Notes under the pieces: model-generated
Told to the model about the DNA's origin: nothing
Seen by the model: the letters and a program-made list of their open reading frames with translations, nothing else
Databases searched by the model: none
Shown: piece by piece, positions 21,201 to 32,545 of the stretch
How positions within the stretch are numbered: position 1 is the first letter of the stretch
Layout: every line of letters starts with the position of its first letter
NCBI GenBank assembly: GCA_003990765.1
Contig: RBNJ01000032.1
Coordinates: 1-49,136 of the forward strand
From: Jimgerdemannia flammicorona
Taxonomy: Eukaryota
DNA: 49,136 nucleotides
Direction of reading: 5' to 3'
Made by a program: the position numbers and the translations under genes

Positions 21201-24110
21201 TCTTCTGTATTCCAAGAGTCATTGTCTTTAGGTGGTGTCCAGTGGGGGTCATCCCAGGGAATGAGTTCATGGACTTCTTCTTCATCAGGTACTTCTTGTT
21301 CAGGAACTTCTTGGTCAGAAGTTTCTTCTTCCTCAGATGATTCTTGACCCCAAATTGCTTGTACTTCTGCAGCTTCAGTTGCAGGTGTTTCTGGAACATG
21401 TCTGCATTTCTTCTTCTTCCTTCTGCACTCTGGGCAGGCTGTGCCAGGCAATTTTCTTGTTCCCATGATCTTGGAGGAGTGCTCGGGACACTTGTATCTC
21501 TTAAGGCATGTAGGGCATCCTTTGGCTTCTCCTGCAATAGCTCTAATGGTAATAGAGATAGTGTTCATGGCCCACACATTATCTTCTGGTCAGTCATCTA
21601 CCAGATTTATTCAGGGATTGAGTCTGGGATCATTTCCATCTTCAGATTCTTTCTCTTCTTCTGTGGTGGATTCTTCACTGCTGGCATACTCTTCCTGAAT
21701 AGTAATCTTCTTCTTCTTCTTTGATTGCTCATAGCTGGTCACCTTAACCCTATACTTTTTGCCTCAGTAATCAAACTTGAGTACTTGTTGGCCAATATCA
21801 ACAACTGCATTCATTTCCTTCATCTAGTTGGTGCTAAGAATCATGTCATAGGTGACAGCTTTAATGACAACAGCTTTGGGGATGGAGAACTGAATGTGTC
21901 CAAGAGAGATAGTGATATTTCATACTTCTCCAAGGGGTTGAGTTCAGGCTCCATCTGCTACTATGATGCTGAGGTTAGATAGTCCATCAATGAGCCATTG
22001 GAGGGTGTCCAAGAATTATTTGGCAATGACATAGATAGCTGCTCCTGTGTCTATGAGGATTTTCGCTTTTTGTCCTCCAATATCTCTATGTAAGTAGGTG
22101 CTGACATGTCTTTCAGCTGCTTGGACAGGGATGGAAGCTAGTTCTTGCTGTGGGATTAGAACTCGGCCAGTGCTAGACCTGATGGTTCTCAGCAATTTGT
22201 TTTGGACTCCAGCTGGTGTCAGTTGCAAGAACTGCAGGAGAGGACTTCCATCTTGGCTTCTTGAATCTTCTGCCAGGCTTTATTGTAAATGTCTCTAGGC
22301 ATGGTCTTCAGAGTGTACTTCTTCTTAGGCTTTGGAGCAGCAGGTTCCTGTTCTTCTTGTTCCATTTCTTCATCTTCTGATAGTAACTCATTTGTCTCGG
22401 GGGCAGAAGGTGAGGGGGTTCAGGGAGGTGTTTCTACTTGTTCCTCCTCATGTTCTTCATCCTCTTCTTGGATAATTCTTCTGCTGATATTTCTGGATGG
22501 TCTTCCTACAGGTCTCTTCTTTTTCTCTGCTGGATAGATGGTTTTCTGGGTTGTAACCTTAGTGGGGTACAAGTCTAGATTACTGTAGTCTTCACTGTTG
22601 CTTGCTTCTTCGAAATCTTCAACAGGATGGGCTTCAGTTTTCTTGTACTGAGTGTCATTCCTTCGATTTAGTGGTTCTGAGTCCCTTCGGTCACTTCTTT
22701 TATTATCACATTCAGTGGCATAGTGTCCAAATTGTCCACAGTGGAAGCATTGGACTTGGGCTCTATCTTGGACAGGATATCTTCTTTCTTCTTGCTGATA
22801 ACTCTTGTTATCTCTTGGTGGATAACCTTGGCTTCTCTGTGGTGGGTACCCTCTGTTGTTTTGGTAGTCCTGATTTTCGTATATAGTGAGTTTTTTGATC
22901 TGTCCAACCAATCGGTCCAGCTTGGAGCTGAGGTCTTGGATTTCACTTCTGTCCTTCTTCCCTTCCTTGGCTGGTCTTCTTTCTTCAGATCTTTCTTGTC
23001 CTTGAAGGAGTCCTTGTAGGGCTTTGACCAGGATGTCTTTTTTCTCTTCTTTTCTATTATGATCACTCCAAGTAGTTTCTTGTCTGATATCAAAGAATCC
23101 TTGGGCTACATCTACTTACTCTTCAGACCTTCTGATGCCTAGGGTGTGGACATGCTGGGCAATGTTTGGGGGAATTCCATTCATAAAGGTCATTGGACCG
23201 ATGATGTTCTGGTTGGTGGCATTGAACCCAGCAGCATGCATTCTCTTCTGGATTCTTGTGAAGAAGGCTCTGGGCAATTCTCCAAGATTCATCTTCATCT
23301 CCATGATGGATTCCTGAGCCTTGTAGTGAGTTTCATTTCCTGCATACTTTTCAATGAGCCAGTGGACCATGGCCTCATATTCTAGCTCATCAGATATTAC
23401 TGCTTATATCTGTCTTACTAGTTCTGAATCTCAGTTGTTTGCTGTTCAATGGAAAATTCCTTTGGCTGGTTCTCTGAGCTGAGCTTTGTAGATGGTGATT
23501 TTTCTTTCATCTGAGAGATTTCTCAAGGCTGCAATTCCTTCAATTCCATCAAGGAATTCTCTGGGGTCTTCCTCTGGGTATCCTGCAAAGGTTGGCAATG
23601 AGGTGGCCATTTCATTGTCACTTTCTTCTGATTCTAGTTCAAGTTCAGATTCTGATTCTGATTCACTTTCTGAACTGTCACTAGAGATGGGGGTGCTTGG
23701 GTATCCTGAGAATGGTGTTCTGGATCTTGGATAAAGTGGAATAGGCCTAGGTATTCTTGTAGGAGCTATTTCCGATTCTGTAAGGGGTTGTGGTAAAGGT
23801 TCTATTGGTGAGATTGGTGGGATTAGTGTGGGGTGTCTGGCTGTAAGGTCTCGGGTTCATGTGATAAGATCTTCTAGTTCTTGTGCAAGTTCTCCAAAAT
23901 CTCTAGCAGGGCTGCCTGTATTGTCTGGTTGATCTGGTTGGGGATTTCAGGCTGTACTGCCTCCTGCTTCTGGTTGGGATCCTTCTGATGCTGGGTAGTT
24001 AGCAAGTTTTGATGTGATTACTTCTCTTCCTGTCCAAATGCTAGTGATGACTGGTTCTCCTGTAGTGGCAGAGGTTGGTGTTGTGTCAAATGTATCCAGT
24101 TTGACTGTGG
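18212..24110 (-). pseudogene. Gag-protease-Cys-rich insert-dUTPase-RT-RNaseH polyprotein of element B
   Basis: LPTFAGYPEEDPREFL Gag motif, CCHC knuckle, LIDTGA, RT and RNase H motifs; many stops and a frameshift near 22240; 5' boundary approximate. Confidence 0.9.
20021..20425 (-). other. dUTPase domain between protease and RT (element B)
   Basis: DIGYDL, SRSGLA, GIIDSGYIGEI, KIAQ and degenerate motif V RQAKRFGSSD. Confidence 0.92.
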
Positions 24111-24147
24111 GTTCTTGTGAGCTGAAAAGTCATATCAATTTGAAATC

Positions 24148-24165
24148 TTCTCAGTTGAGCCCCCA
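24148..24165 (-). promoter_or_regulatory. Primer binding site of element B, tRNA-Pro-like
   Basis: TGGGGGCTCAACTGAGAA, 2 nt after the LTR; first 9 nt match the tRNA-Pro PBS TGGGGGCTCGTCCGGGAT and two of the later mismatches fit CpG decay. Confidence 0.7.
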
Positions 24166-24167
24166 AA

Positions 24168-25746
24168 TGTAACATGCTGGCTCAATGGAGGCAAATTACA
24201 AGATTGGGGATTGATGTAGTTTGGCTTGAGCCCCCAGTTACTTTGTCAAAAAGCAACAAAATGTTCTTGGTGTTTAGCGGTATAATAGTCAAAGCTGGAT
24301 ATCTGCAAGTGATTTGTATGTCGATTTCAGTTCTCTGGGTATAGCAGTGATTTGTGTGTATGAATGGGTTTCCTTCTTGGGTCAACTGGGAATGGCAGAA
24401 TTTCATGTGTAGTGTGAGCAGTTTCCTTCTTGAGTAGCAGGTGATTTCTGTATAGTGTGATGATCTCTGTGCGTGATGGTCTGGCAATTTAGTGGTTCTC
24501 CTTATGTGATTTCTGCATGACAGTCTTGTATAGTGTAAGGGGATTCCTTATGCAGGATGATCTTGGTGATATTCCTTATATGGATTTGGCAGATAACTTG
24601 ATTTGGCTCACTGGGAATTATTCTGGCATGGTTTCTTCTGTACCAGGCTCACTGGGAACAATAGATAACTCAGATGACATGAATCGGGCTCTTCTGGGAA
24701 TAATGACTTAGGTGGTATGAGTTGGGTCCTTCTGGGAATGCAGATAACTTGGAAATGGTGGATGATGCAGATTCTTCCTGAATTGGTGGACTTCTTGAGA
24801 ATGATGGCTTAAATGGGAATTAACTTGGATGGTATGGGTTCTTTCGAATCAGGTTCTTCTGGGAATATGTTGGTATGGATTCTTCCTGAATTGGCAGCTT
24901 CAACTGGGAATATGGCAGATAACTCAAAAGGTGGTAGATAACTCGGATGGTATAGATTCTTCCTGAATCAGTGGCTTTGACTAGGAATTAACTAGGATTC
25001 TTGGCAAGTTACATCAAAGACTGGCTTCATTTGCATGAGATTATGTCATAGACTGGCTCCACTGCAAAGTTGCATCAGAAAGACTGACTTGTGGCAAGAA
25101 TGGCAGTGAAAACTTGAGTTCTTCAGGCTTATCTGGCAAGCATACCAATAGTGCAGCTTATTTCTTAAGTAGTGGGTTCTTCAAAAGGCAGTGAAGTTCT
25201 TCACTCAAACTTGGCAGCAAAATCAGCTTTGTATTGGAAAGTGGACCAGAGTGGAAAGGGGACCAATGCTCACAATCTCCTAATAGTGGCTATAGAGTTC
25301 CTTTCGAAGTATGGTAGGCAGACTTGACTTTTGCTTTTTGGATTCAATTTCAGACTGAGGTTTATTCACTCTTGTCTCTGGGGTAATTTATATAAGTTGG
25401 TTGCTATCTGGTTGCTATGTGGCTAACTATAGATTTACTACTTCTGGTAATACTTGGGTGTGTCCTCTAGGTACAGGTGTGTCCACAGGACATGAGTGTG
25501 TCTGCAGGACATGAGTGTGTCTGCAGGACATGAGTGTGTCTGCAGGACATGAGTGTGTCTGCAGGACATGAGTGTGTTCTCAGGATACAGGTAAACAATT
25601 CTGTTCTGGTGTCTTGGCTAATTATAAGTGTGGCGGGCATAGGTAACTATGATATACTAGAAGTCACATCATGCTGAGTAAGTATGCTAATTGTTCACAT
25701 CATCTGGCTAAGTTATAATTTGGGTGGCATATTTTGGTCTATTGCA
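24168..25746 (-). repeat. 5' LTR of element B
   Basis: TG...CA ends; TATATAAA 25387-25394 and AATAAA 25361-25366 on the - strand; adjacent PBS. Confidence 0.95.
25486..25591. repeat. 19-bp tandem repeat, 5 full units (5' LTR U3)
   Basis: Units at 25486, 25505, 25524, 25543, 25562. Confidence 0.92.
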
Positions 25747-25842
25747 CTAGTATAGATCTTAGTTTACTTAGTAATAATTCTATTGACTTCTTTAGCTTAG
25801 TTCCTTAAGAGAAGCTTACTTATGAGTGAAAGTAACTTCTAC

Positions 25843-28352
25843 CACATCTCTTTCTCCAGTAACATTCAGGTTATACAACCTTTTGGCAATACTTTCAATA
25901 CAGTTTCTGGAGAAAAACTACTAGCATTATGGTAACTGATGAGCATTCTGAGGTGCATACTGGGCAGGGTGATCTGGGTGTATTCAACTGGCAGTATATA
26001 GGGAGGAGTCCTGGTTTGAGAGAAAGCATAAGGGGCCTACTGGTGGGAGGATGTGGTAGGAGAGGGGGCAGTGCTGGAGGTCAGGGAACAGAGAGGGCAA
26101 GCTTTGTAGATAAGGTGAAGGGGGGTCAGCAGAGAGCTGGGCTGGAGGGCTGGCTTAGGAGGAACAAGGAGATGGTGAAGACTATAGAGCAGCAGCCTCA
26201 AGGGAAAGTCTCTCTGGGGGACTGGAGTAGTGGGGCTGGTGGTGTAGGGGCTAAGGGGAGAACTGCTGATAGGAGCATGATGGGCAATCAGGAAAAAAAT
26301 CTAGATGAGACTACCAATGATAGACTGAGTAGTGGGAAAGATATGAGGCCTAGTAATCTGGCAGATAGTGTAATGGGACTAGCAGTGACACCATTACTCA
26401 AGAAGTCAATCTTGGAGTTTGCAGTCACCTTGTGCTTCTGAGGCTTGACAGTGATGGCAAAAATGGTCCTGGGGCTGATTGCTAAGCAGATGGCCAAAAC
26501 AGTGTCCATGAAGTTTCTGAAGAGACTAGAAGGAGTAGAGGTTGGCTTTGAGGAGACTGGACCATTGGAGGAGGCACTGAAGGTAGGATTGACAGTTGGA
26601 GAGATGTGTGTCCCAATGGCATGCTGCTTGAGGTAGGACCCCAGGGTGGTGCAATTGCTGGTAAAGGGGGTACCTATAGTGACTACTGAGGAGACAAGGA
26701 GGAGAGTTATAGAAGTCATGGCTAAGTATGGTGAGGTGGTCGATGTTGGGTTCTGGGTCTGAGAGGGGACCTCATTTAGGACTGGAAATGTTGATATTCA
26801 AATTCAGTTGACAGGAAAGAAAGCTACCAGGAAGGCTAGGGACTGGCCTTCAGTGATGGTCTGAGGGGCTTTCTTGTGCAAGATGATGAGGGTGAAGGGG
26901 AGTAAGGAGGAGAAAGAGGATCTTCTGGAGGCACTGGAAGAGCTGAGCAGTACTATGAAGTAGAGGGCTAAGGCTTGAAAGGTGTATATCAAGTCAATGT
27001 ATTTGGAAGTAGTGGATAGAAAGAGAATTTAGATAAGAGGTGGTGGGAAAGATCCCAAGGATATAAGAGGTAGAGAGAGCTGTTGGCAAAACTGAAAAGC
27101 AGGGCAAAGATAGATACTGGTGGTATTGAAAGTGTGGGGGGAGTCAAGGAGAGCATCTGGGCCAGCAAGGATAGAGAGAATACAGGGAAGGGGCCAGGAG
27201 AGAGAGAGAAGGTAAAGAGAAATAACCTTATGTGGATGGTACCTTTGAGGTCTGGAAGCTATCTCTGATCCCTATGCCACTTATTAGATGAGGTCCAGCT
27301 TTAAGGAGCAGAGTGGCAGAGGATGTGCCCATGTAGGGAGCCTAGAGAGTACACTTTGGAATTCCTGAGGTAGTGAATGGGGGGCAAGTAGTGGTGGTGG
27401 GCAAGGATGAACTGGTGGATATTTAGGAGGAGGAGTGGGATGAGGCTACAAGTGCAGGAGCTAATATCTTGATACTGGATGGAGGGTGGCCAGCAACTCC
27501 TGGGGGGAAGGAGGTGGGAAATCTGCTATAGATGTGCAAGATGATGAACAACTTTATAGTGGAGGAGTTGGGGGAGGTAGACCTGCAAGTAATGAGTGAT
27601 GAGCATTGAGCATATATCCTATATGGCAAGGGAGTGGTGGAGGCACTGAAGGTGGAGATTCTTGCAGTTTTCCTGGAGAAGGAAGAATATGAGGTTGATA
27701 AGAAGAGAGAGGCTGGGCTGGTGGTTGCTGCTGATGAGAGGGCTGCTTTCTGTTAGGCAGAGTAGCATGGGTTGAAGCTCTGGCAGAAGGCCTGCCTGGA
27801 ATATCATGAAGAATTCAAGGAGAGAGAGGATGGGGAGATTATAGAACTTCTGGCTAGATTGGAGGCTAAGAGGACTGAAGAGGAGGAGGAAGCTATGGAA
27901 CATAATCTAGACCTGGCTCAGAATGAGATAAATATAGAGCAGTAGAGGATATGCTTACTATTATATATTATTCCTTATGAATAGTACAACTAAAATTTTC
28001 TCTTTAAATGTAAATGGACTCTAGGGTTCATTTCATCAATGGAATATTTTTGCTTGGCTGAGGGGATTGGAGACCAATCTCTTTCTTTTGCAGGATATCA
28101 GGTATGAGGATGATTTGAATAAACTAGAATGGACAAAGAAATGGAGAGAGGAGGCAGTTTGGAAGGGCAAGATACTGGATATACAGAACTAGGGAGACAG
28201 GCTGGTCTAGGGTGAGTGGATTCATACTGGTTGGGAACCAGTTATAATTGAATTCTGCTACTGTCCTGTGGTGAGGAGTGAGTGGATAGAGTGGGTGAAG
28301 GGTCTCTGGGAGGAAGGAACTCTGGTAGAGACTAGAGTAGACATGCTTGGCA
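25843..28352 (+). mobile_element. L1/Tx1-like LINE copy 2 (5' end, ORF1, start of ORF2)
   Basis: 5' end CACATCT...CCAGTAACATTCAGG matches copy 1; ORF1 homology (PLLKKS); ORF2 MNSTTKIFSLNVNG at 27977; breaks just before GDFN. Confidence 0.88.
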
Positions 28353-31300
28353 GAACTTCTTTTGCTCAAACCACTCAGAGTGAGCTAAGCCACACAGATA
28401 TCTTTCAGTGAAAGACAACATGTTTTCAAGTTTTTATTTCAATCAAATGGGTGTACATTGTGCAGTGGAAGTCTATCTATAAGACACAATAAGTTTCAGT
28501 ATAAATTATCAAGTTTTGGTGACATGGCTAGTCAAGGTTCCTCTGGCTCAAAGCATCTGGAGAGGAGGAGGCCTGGTCTGGGCCTTCCTAAGAGCTTTGC
28601 AGCTGCTGTAGGGGCTGGTGGGGCTGCTGGAGGGACTGGTGGTCAGGGGAGATCTGGAGGAATTGAGGCCTGGCACACTGTGGTGGGGAGCAAGAGGGCT
28701 GCAGCCAGGCTCTTGAGAGTAGGGCAGGGGGGACATAGTGTTGACAGGGGGAGGGATCAGGTGATGGATCAGGTGACTGATCAGGTGTCTGACAGGGGGC
28801 AGGGATCTGGTGGTATGACATCAGAGACTGGTTCTCCTAGGGCTGGACCAGTGGCTGGAGAGAGGACAACTGGTAGTACAGTTGTGGCTGGTGAGGTGAC
28901 TGCTGGTATTTCTGGAAATAAAGAGAAGGTGACTCTGGTGGCTGGGATAGGCAAGCTGGTAATGAGGCCCTTCTTTCACAAGTTGATATCTATATGGGCA
29001 GTTTCAGTGAACTTCCTGGAATTAGTAATGTCAGCTAGAGAGGTTCTGAGGCTAGTGGGGGATGAAGTGGCTGGAGCAGAGTCCTTGAAGTTCATCCCTT
29101 TGGTAGAGGCAGTGGAGATTGGATTTGTGGAGGAGGATGCAATGACGAAGGCACTGGAGAAGGGGCTGATTGTTAAGGGTGTCTGAATTGGGATAGCAAG
29201 ATATTTGAGGTGAGACCCACATACTGTTTGGTTGGTGGTAGAAGGCCTACCAACACTGGGCAGACAGAAGACCAAAGAGATAGTAGTGGAGGCTTTGGGT
29301 AGCTATAGTGAGATGGTGGATTTTGGATTCATGTTTTAGGAGAATACTAAATTGAGGAATGGTAACTGTGAGGTGATGCTGCAATTGGAAGGCAAGGAGA
29401 TGACAGGGCTAGAGCAAGACTGGCCTGAGGGGATTTGAATTAGAGAGCAAAAGTGCAAGGTGTGGAGGAGGAAAGGGGCCAAACAGGAGGAAGAAGAGCT
29501 GGTGATTGCTCTGGAGGAGAGGGAGACTGCCAAGGAGCTGCAAAAGAGGAAGTGGGAAGAGTTTGCCAAGGATTGGGTTTGGATTCAAGCAGATGGCAAG
29601 CAGAAGAGATGGAGGAAAGGGAACTGGGAGCATTTGCAGACAGCTCTTCAGGGAGTGGCAGTGGAAGAGGAGGTATGAGTAGAGGTAGCTAGGAATCAGA
29701 TGGAAGGAGTAGAGGCAGTGGAGGTGTCCTTCTCCCAGCTAGGTGGTGTGGAGAACTCAGCATATGCACCAGTGAGAGGAAAGTGGGCAGATAAGGAGGA
29801 GGTGGGAGAAGGAGGTTTTGAGGATAATGCTGAAGTGGTGCCAGAGACTTAGATGGAGGATACCCATATGGCAGGAGTGGTGAATATTCATTGGAAGTGT
29901 CCTGAGGCTGGTGAGGTAGTGTATTTGGAGAAGACTGCAGAGGAGGATGAACTGGTGGATATGGTCTCAGATGTGTCAGCAGATAGGAAACAGTTGTAAG
30001 AGTTGAGTAGGACCCCTAGGCTACCAACTCCAGGGCCCCTGGTGATGACAGCAGAAAACTGATATCAGGTGGTACTTGAGGAACTTGTGGAGGAGGATAT
30101 CAAGGAAGTGGATGTATTCCATAGATCTCAGGAGGTATGGGAAGGATTTCTTAATGTTGTGATGCAGGGACCTAAGCTGGTAATGGCAATAGTAGCAGCT
30201 CTCCTGAATGATGAAGGATATGATATTGATGAAAGCAGGATGGTAGACATCAGGAAGGTGGTAGTGGAGAGAGTGGACCTTTTCTGCAGCAGTGCAAATA
30301 GTGATTGTATCTAGAGAGCAATTTGTGAGAAATAGCAAGAGATCATTAAAGGAAGGGCAGAGAAGGTGGTGGCAGTCTCAGCTGAGCTTTAAACAATATC
30401 TTTGATGATGATGAACAGTTTACACATCTTATCAATCAATGTTAATAGATTGCATGATAGTGTTAAAAGAAGGTGGCTATTTCAATAGCTTAAGGTCAGA
30501 AGATATAATATTGTTTTTCTTCAGGATATTCAGACTTATGGGAAGCAAGACTATGAGATGTAGAGTAAAGAATGATATGGTGGAGCAGGTTGGAACAAGC
30601 AGGTGGGCATCTTGGTTGGTGTCGGTAAAGGCAAGCTGGTGGAGGTAGAGGCCTATGGTGACAGATTGGTGTGGGGAAGACTGAAAGGAGGAGCAGCCAA
30701 TAGCTTGGTGGTGGGCTCAGTTTATCTTCCTGCAGTTGGCAGAGAGCAAAACCAATGGATGAGGGATGGCAGGCTTGGGAGAGTCAGGGGGCAGTTGTCC
30801 TGGACATTCTGAGGGGGGACTTCAATATAGTGTATGATAGAATACTGGATAGATCTGATGGTGGAGCTGGAGTAGTGGCATCCTCTGGACTGTCTTGGTG
30901 GTTTCAGGTGGAGTGTGACATGGGACTGGTGAATAGAGTCCATCTATATCAGGGGGATAGATTAGGACCTTTTACCCAATGGCACCCAGTCAATGGAGAA
31001 TTGATCAGAACACAAATTGATTGGGTGCTAGTAGCTGAGTATTGAGGTAATGTATTGGATACTGCAGAGGTGTGTTGGTGCCCTTGATCAGATCATTGGG
31101 GAGTAGAGGTGTGTGGGAGATTCTAAGCAGCAGGCAGTGGTGGAGGGTACTGGCACCTTAATGTGGCTTTGCTTAGGAGGAAGAAGGAGAGAGAATAGTT
31201 TGTAGACATTATGAGACAGGAGATAGAATGATGGCAGAATGATGGACAGTTAATAGTAGAATAGTGAAGTAGATTCAAACATCTGGCTGGTGCCTACTGG

Positions 31301-31955
31301 TATAATGTTGGAGAAGTGGTGGAGAAAGAGCAGAAGGATAAGGAGAGAAGGATAGAAAAAGGGCTGCAATGGCAATTGAGGCTAATGGAAGAGGAGAACT
31401 TATCTGGAGAAATGTGCCACCAGTTAGCAGTAGAGGTAGCTGAGTTGCAGGCAGACTTGAAGGCAGCTGAGGATAGGGCAGTAGATGGCCTGTTGGCTAG
31501 ACTGAGGGCTAGGCAGTTGAAGGAGAGAGTGAGGCTGACCAAATATCTGTCTGGCATTTTGAAGATTAGAAGGGTCCAATACAGCTGAGTCTTGGTATTG
31601 CATGAAGATGGCATAGAGGTCTCTGAGATTGCTGACATGTTGGAAGAGGTCTCAGAAAAATGGCAGGCTCTTTGGCAGGATAGTGGGGAGCTTGCTGAGA
31701 AGGTAGAGCTTTGGGAGGATAATGACAATATGGTGAACAATTAACCAGTGACAGCATTACCTGAGATAGGAGAGGTGGTAATGAGTGAGGTATCTTTGGA
31801 TGAGGTTTTGGAGATATTGAGGAAGATGCAGACTAGTTCATCACCTGGGGAGGATGGGTTGCCCTGGGAATTCTGGAAGGAGTTTCAGGTAGAGTTTGGC
31901 AGCTAGTTGGTAGAGATGGCCAACTTTGTACTGAAGGAGGGTAGCTGAATTGGTA
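28353..31955 (+). mobile_element. L1/Tx1-like LINE copy 3 (divergent subfamily, 3'-truncated)
   Basis: ORF1 AVEIGFVEEDAM; ORF2 from ~30405 (SINVN, GDFN, TQIDW, SDH, SPGEDGLPWEFW); ends early in RT. Confidence 0.86.
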
Positions 31956-32545
31956 GTTGCATATCCATCTTGTCTGGATATCTTGGTTATATGATTGTTT
32001 GGGTAGTGGTGGTTGTTCATTGTTTAGCTTGAAAGTGAGAGATTCATCTTGAATCACCAGCCAATAGGCACCAAGTTGTAACATAGCAGATACTTAACCT
32101 TGAAAGTATATCAGATTTCTGTATCTTGAAAACTTGATCTTCTTTGACTCTACAGAGTCCTTATGATGTAGGAGTGGGTGAGTTCAAAGCATATCTGCCT
32201 ACAGGCTTACTAGTTCTTTTGCTTTCTCTTTGCTTTTGAACTATTTTGATCTAAGGTTTATTTACTCTAAGATACTGGATTATTTATACAAGTTTACTAG
32301 CTATAAGATAGCTAAGTTATGACTAAGTTATGAGTCACTTTTCACAAGTATTAATCCTTGATATCTGTCAAATCTTTGATAATTGTGAATTCTTGACATT
32401 TGTGAAGAGTTTAACATTCATGAAAACTTAATGTTTGTGAAATGACTGCTATTTGTAAGGCTATACTATATTGGGAATTTTCAGATACTATGATCAAATA
32501 TCTAATTTCTCTGATTCTTATTCCTAATTTGGATTAACTGTCACA
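31956..32545 (-). mobile_element. A-related gypsy 5' fragment: LTR 32077-32545, PBS, first Gag codons
   Basis: 32011-32077 closely matches 6536-6602; TGTAACA...TGTCACA ends; MDMQLP aligns with MEMHSP of A. Confidence 0.82.

Larger units (their letters stand above)
15031..25746 (-). mobile_element. Complete Ty3/gypsy LTR retrotransposon, element B (decayed)
   Basis: Paired ~1.57-kb LTRs, 4-bp TSD CTAG (15027-15030, 25747-25750), PBS, Gag CFHCGQFGHYATEC, LIDTGA, dUTPase, VYMDD, YTDAS, integrase WKGPY. Confidence 0.96.

Noticed and set aside
22230-22250. Programmed gag-pol frameshift in element B
   Set aside because: No slippery heptamer seen, and element A is in frame here; best read as a 1-nt deletion.
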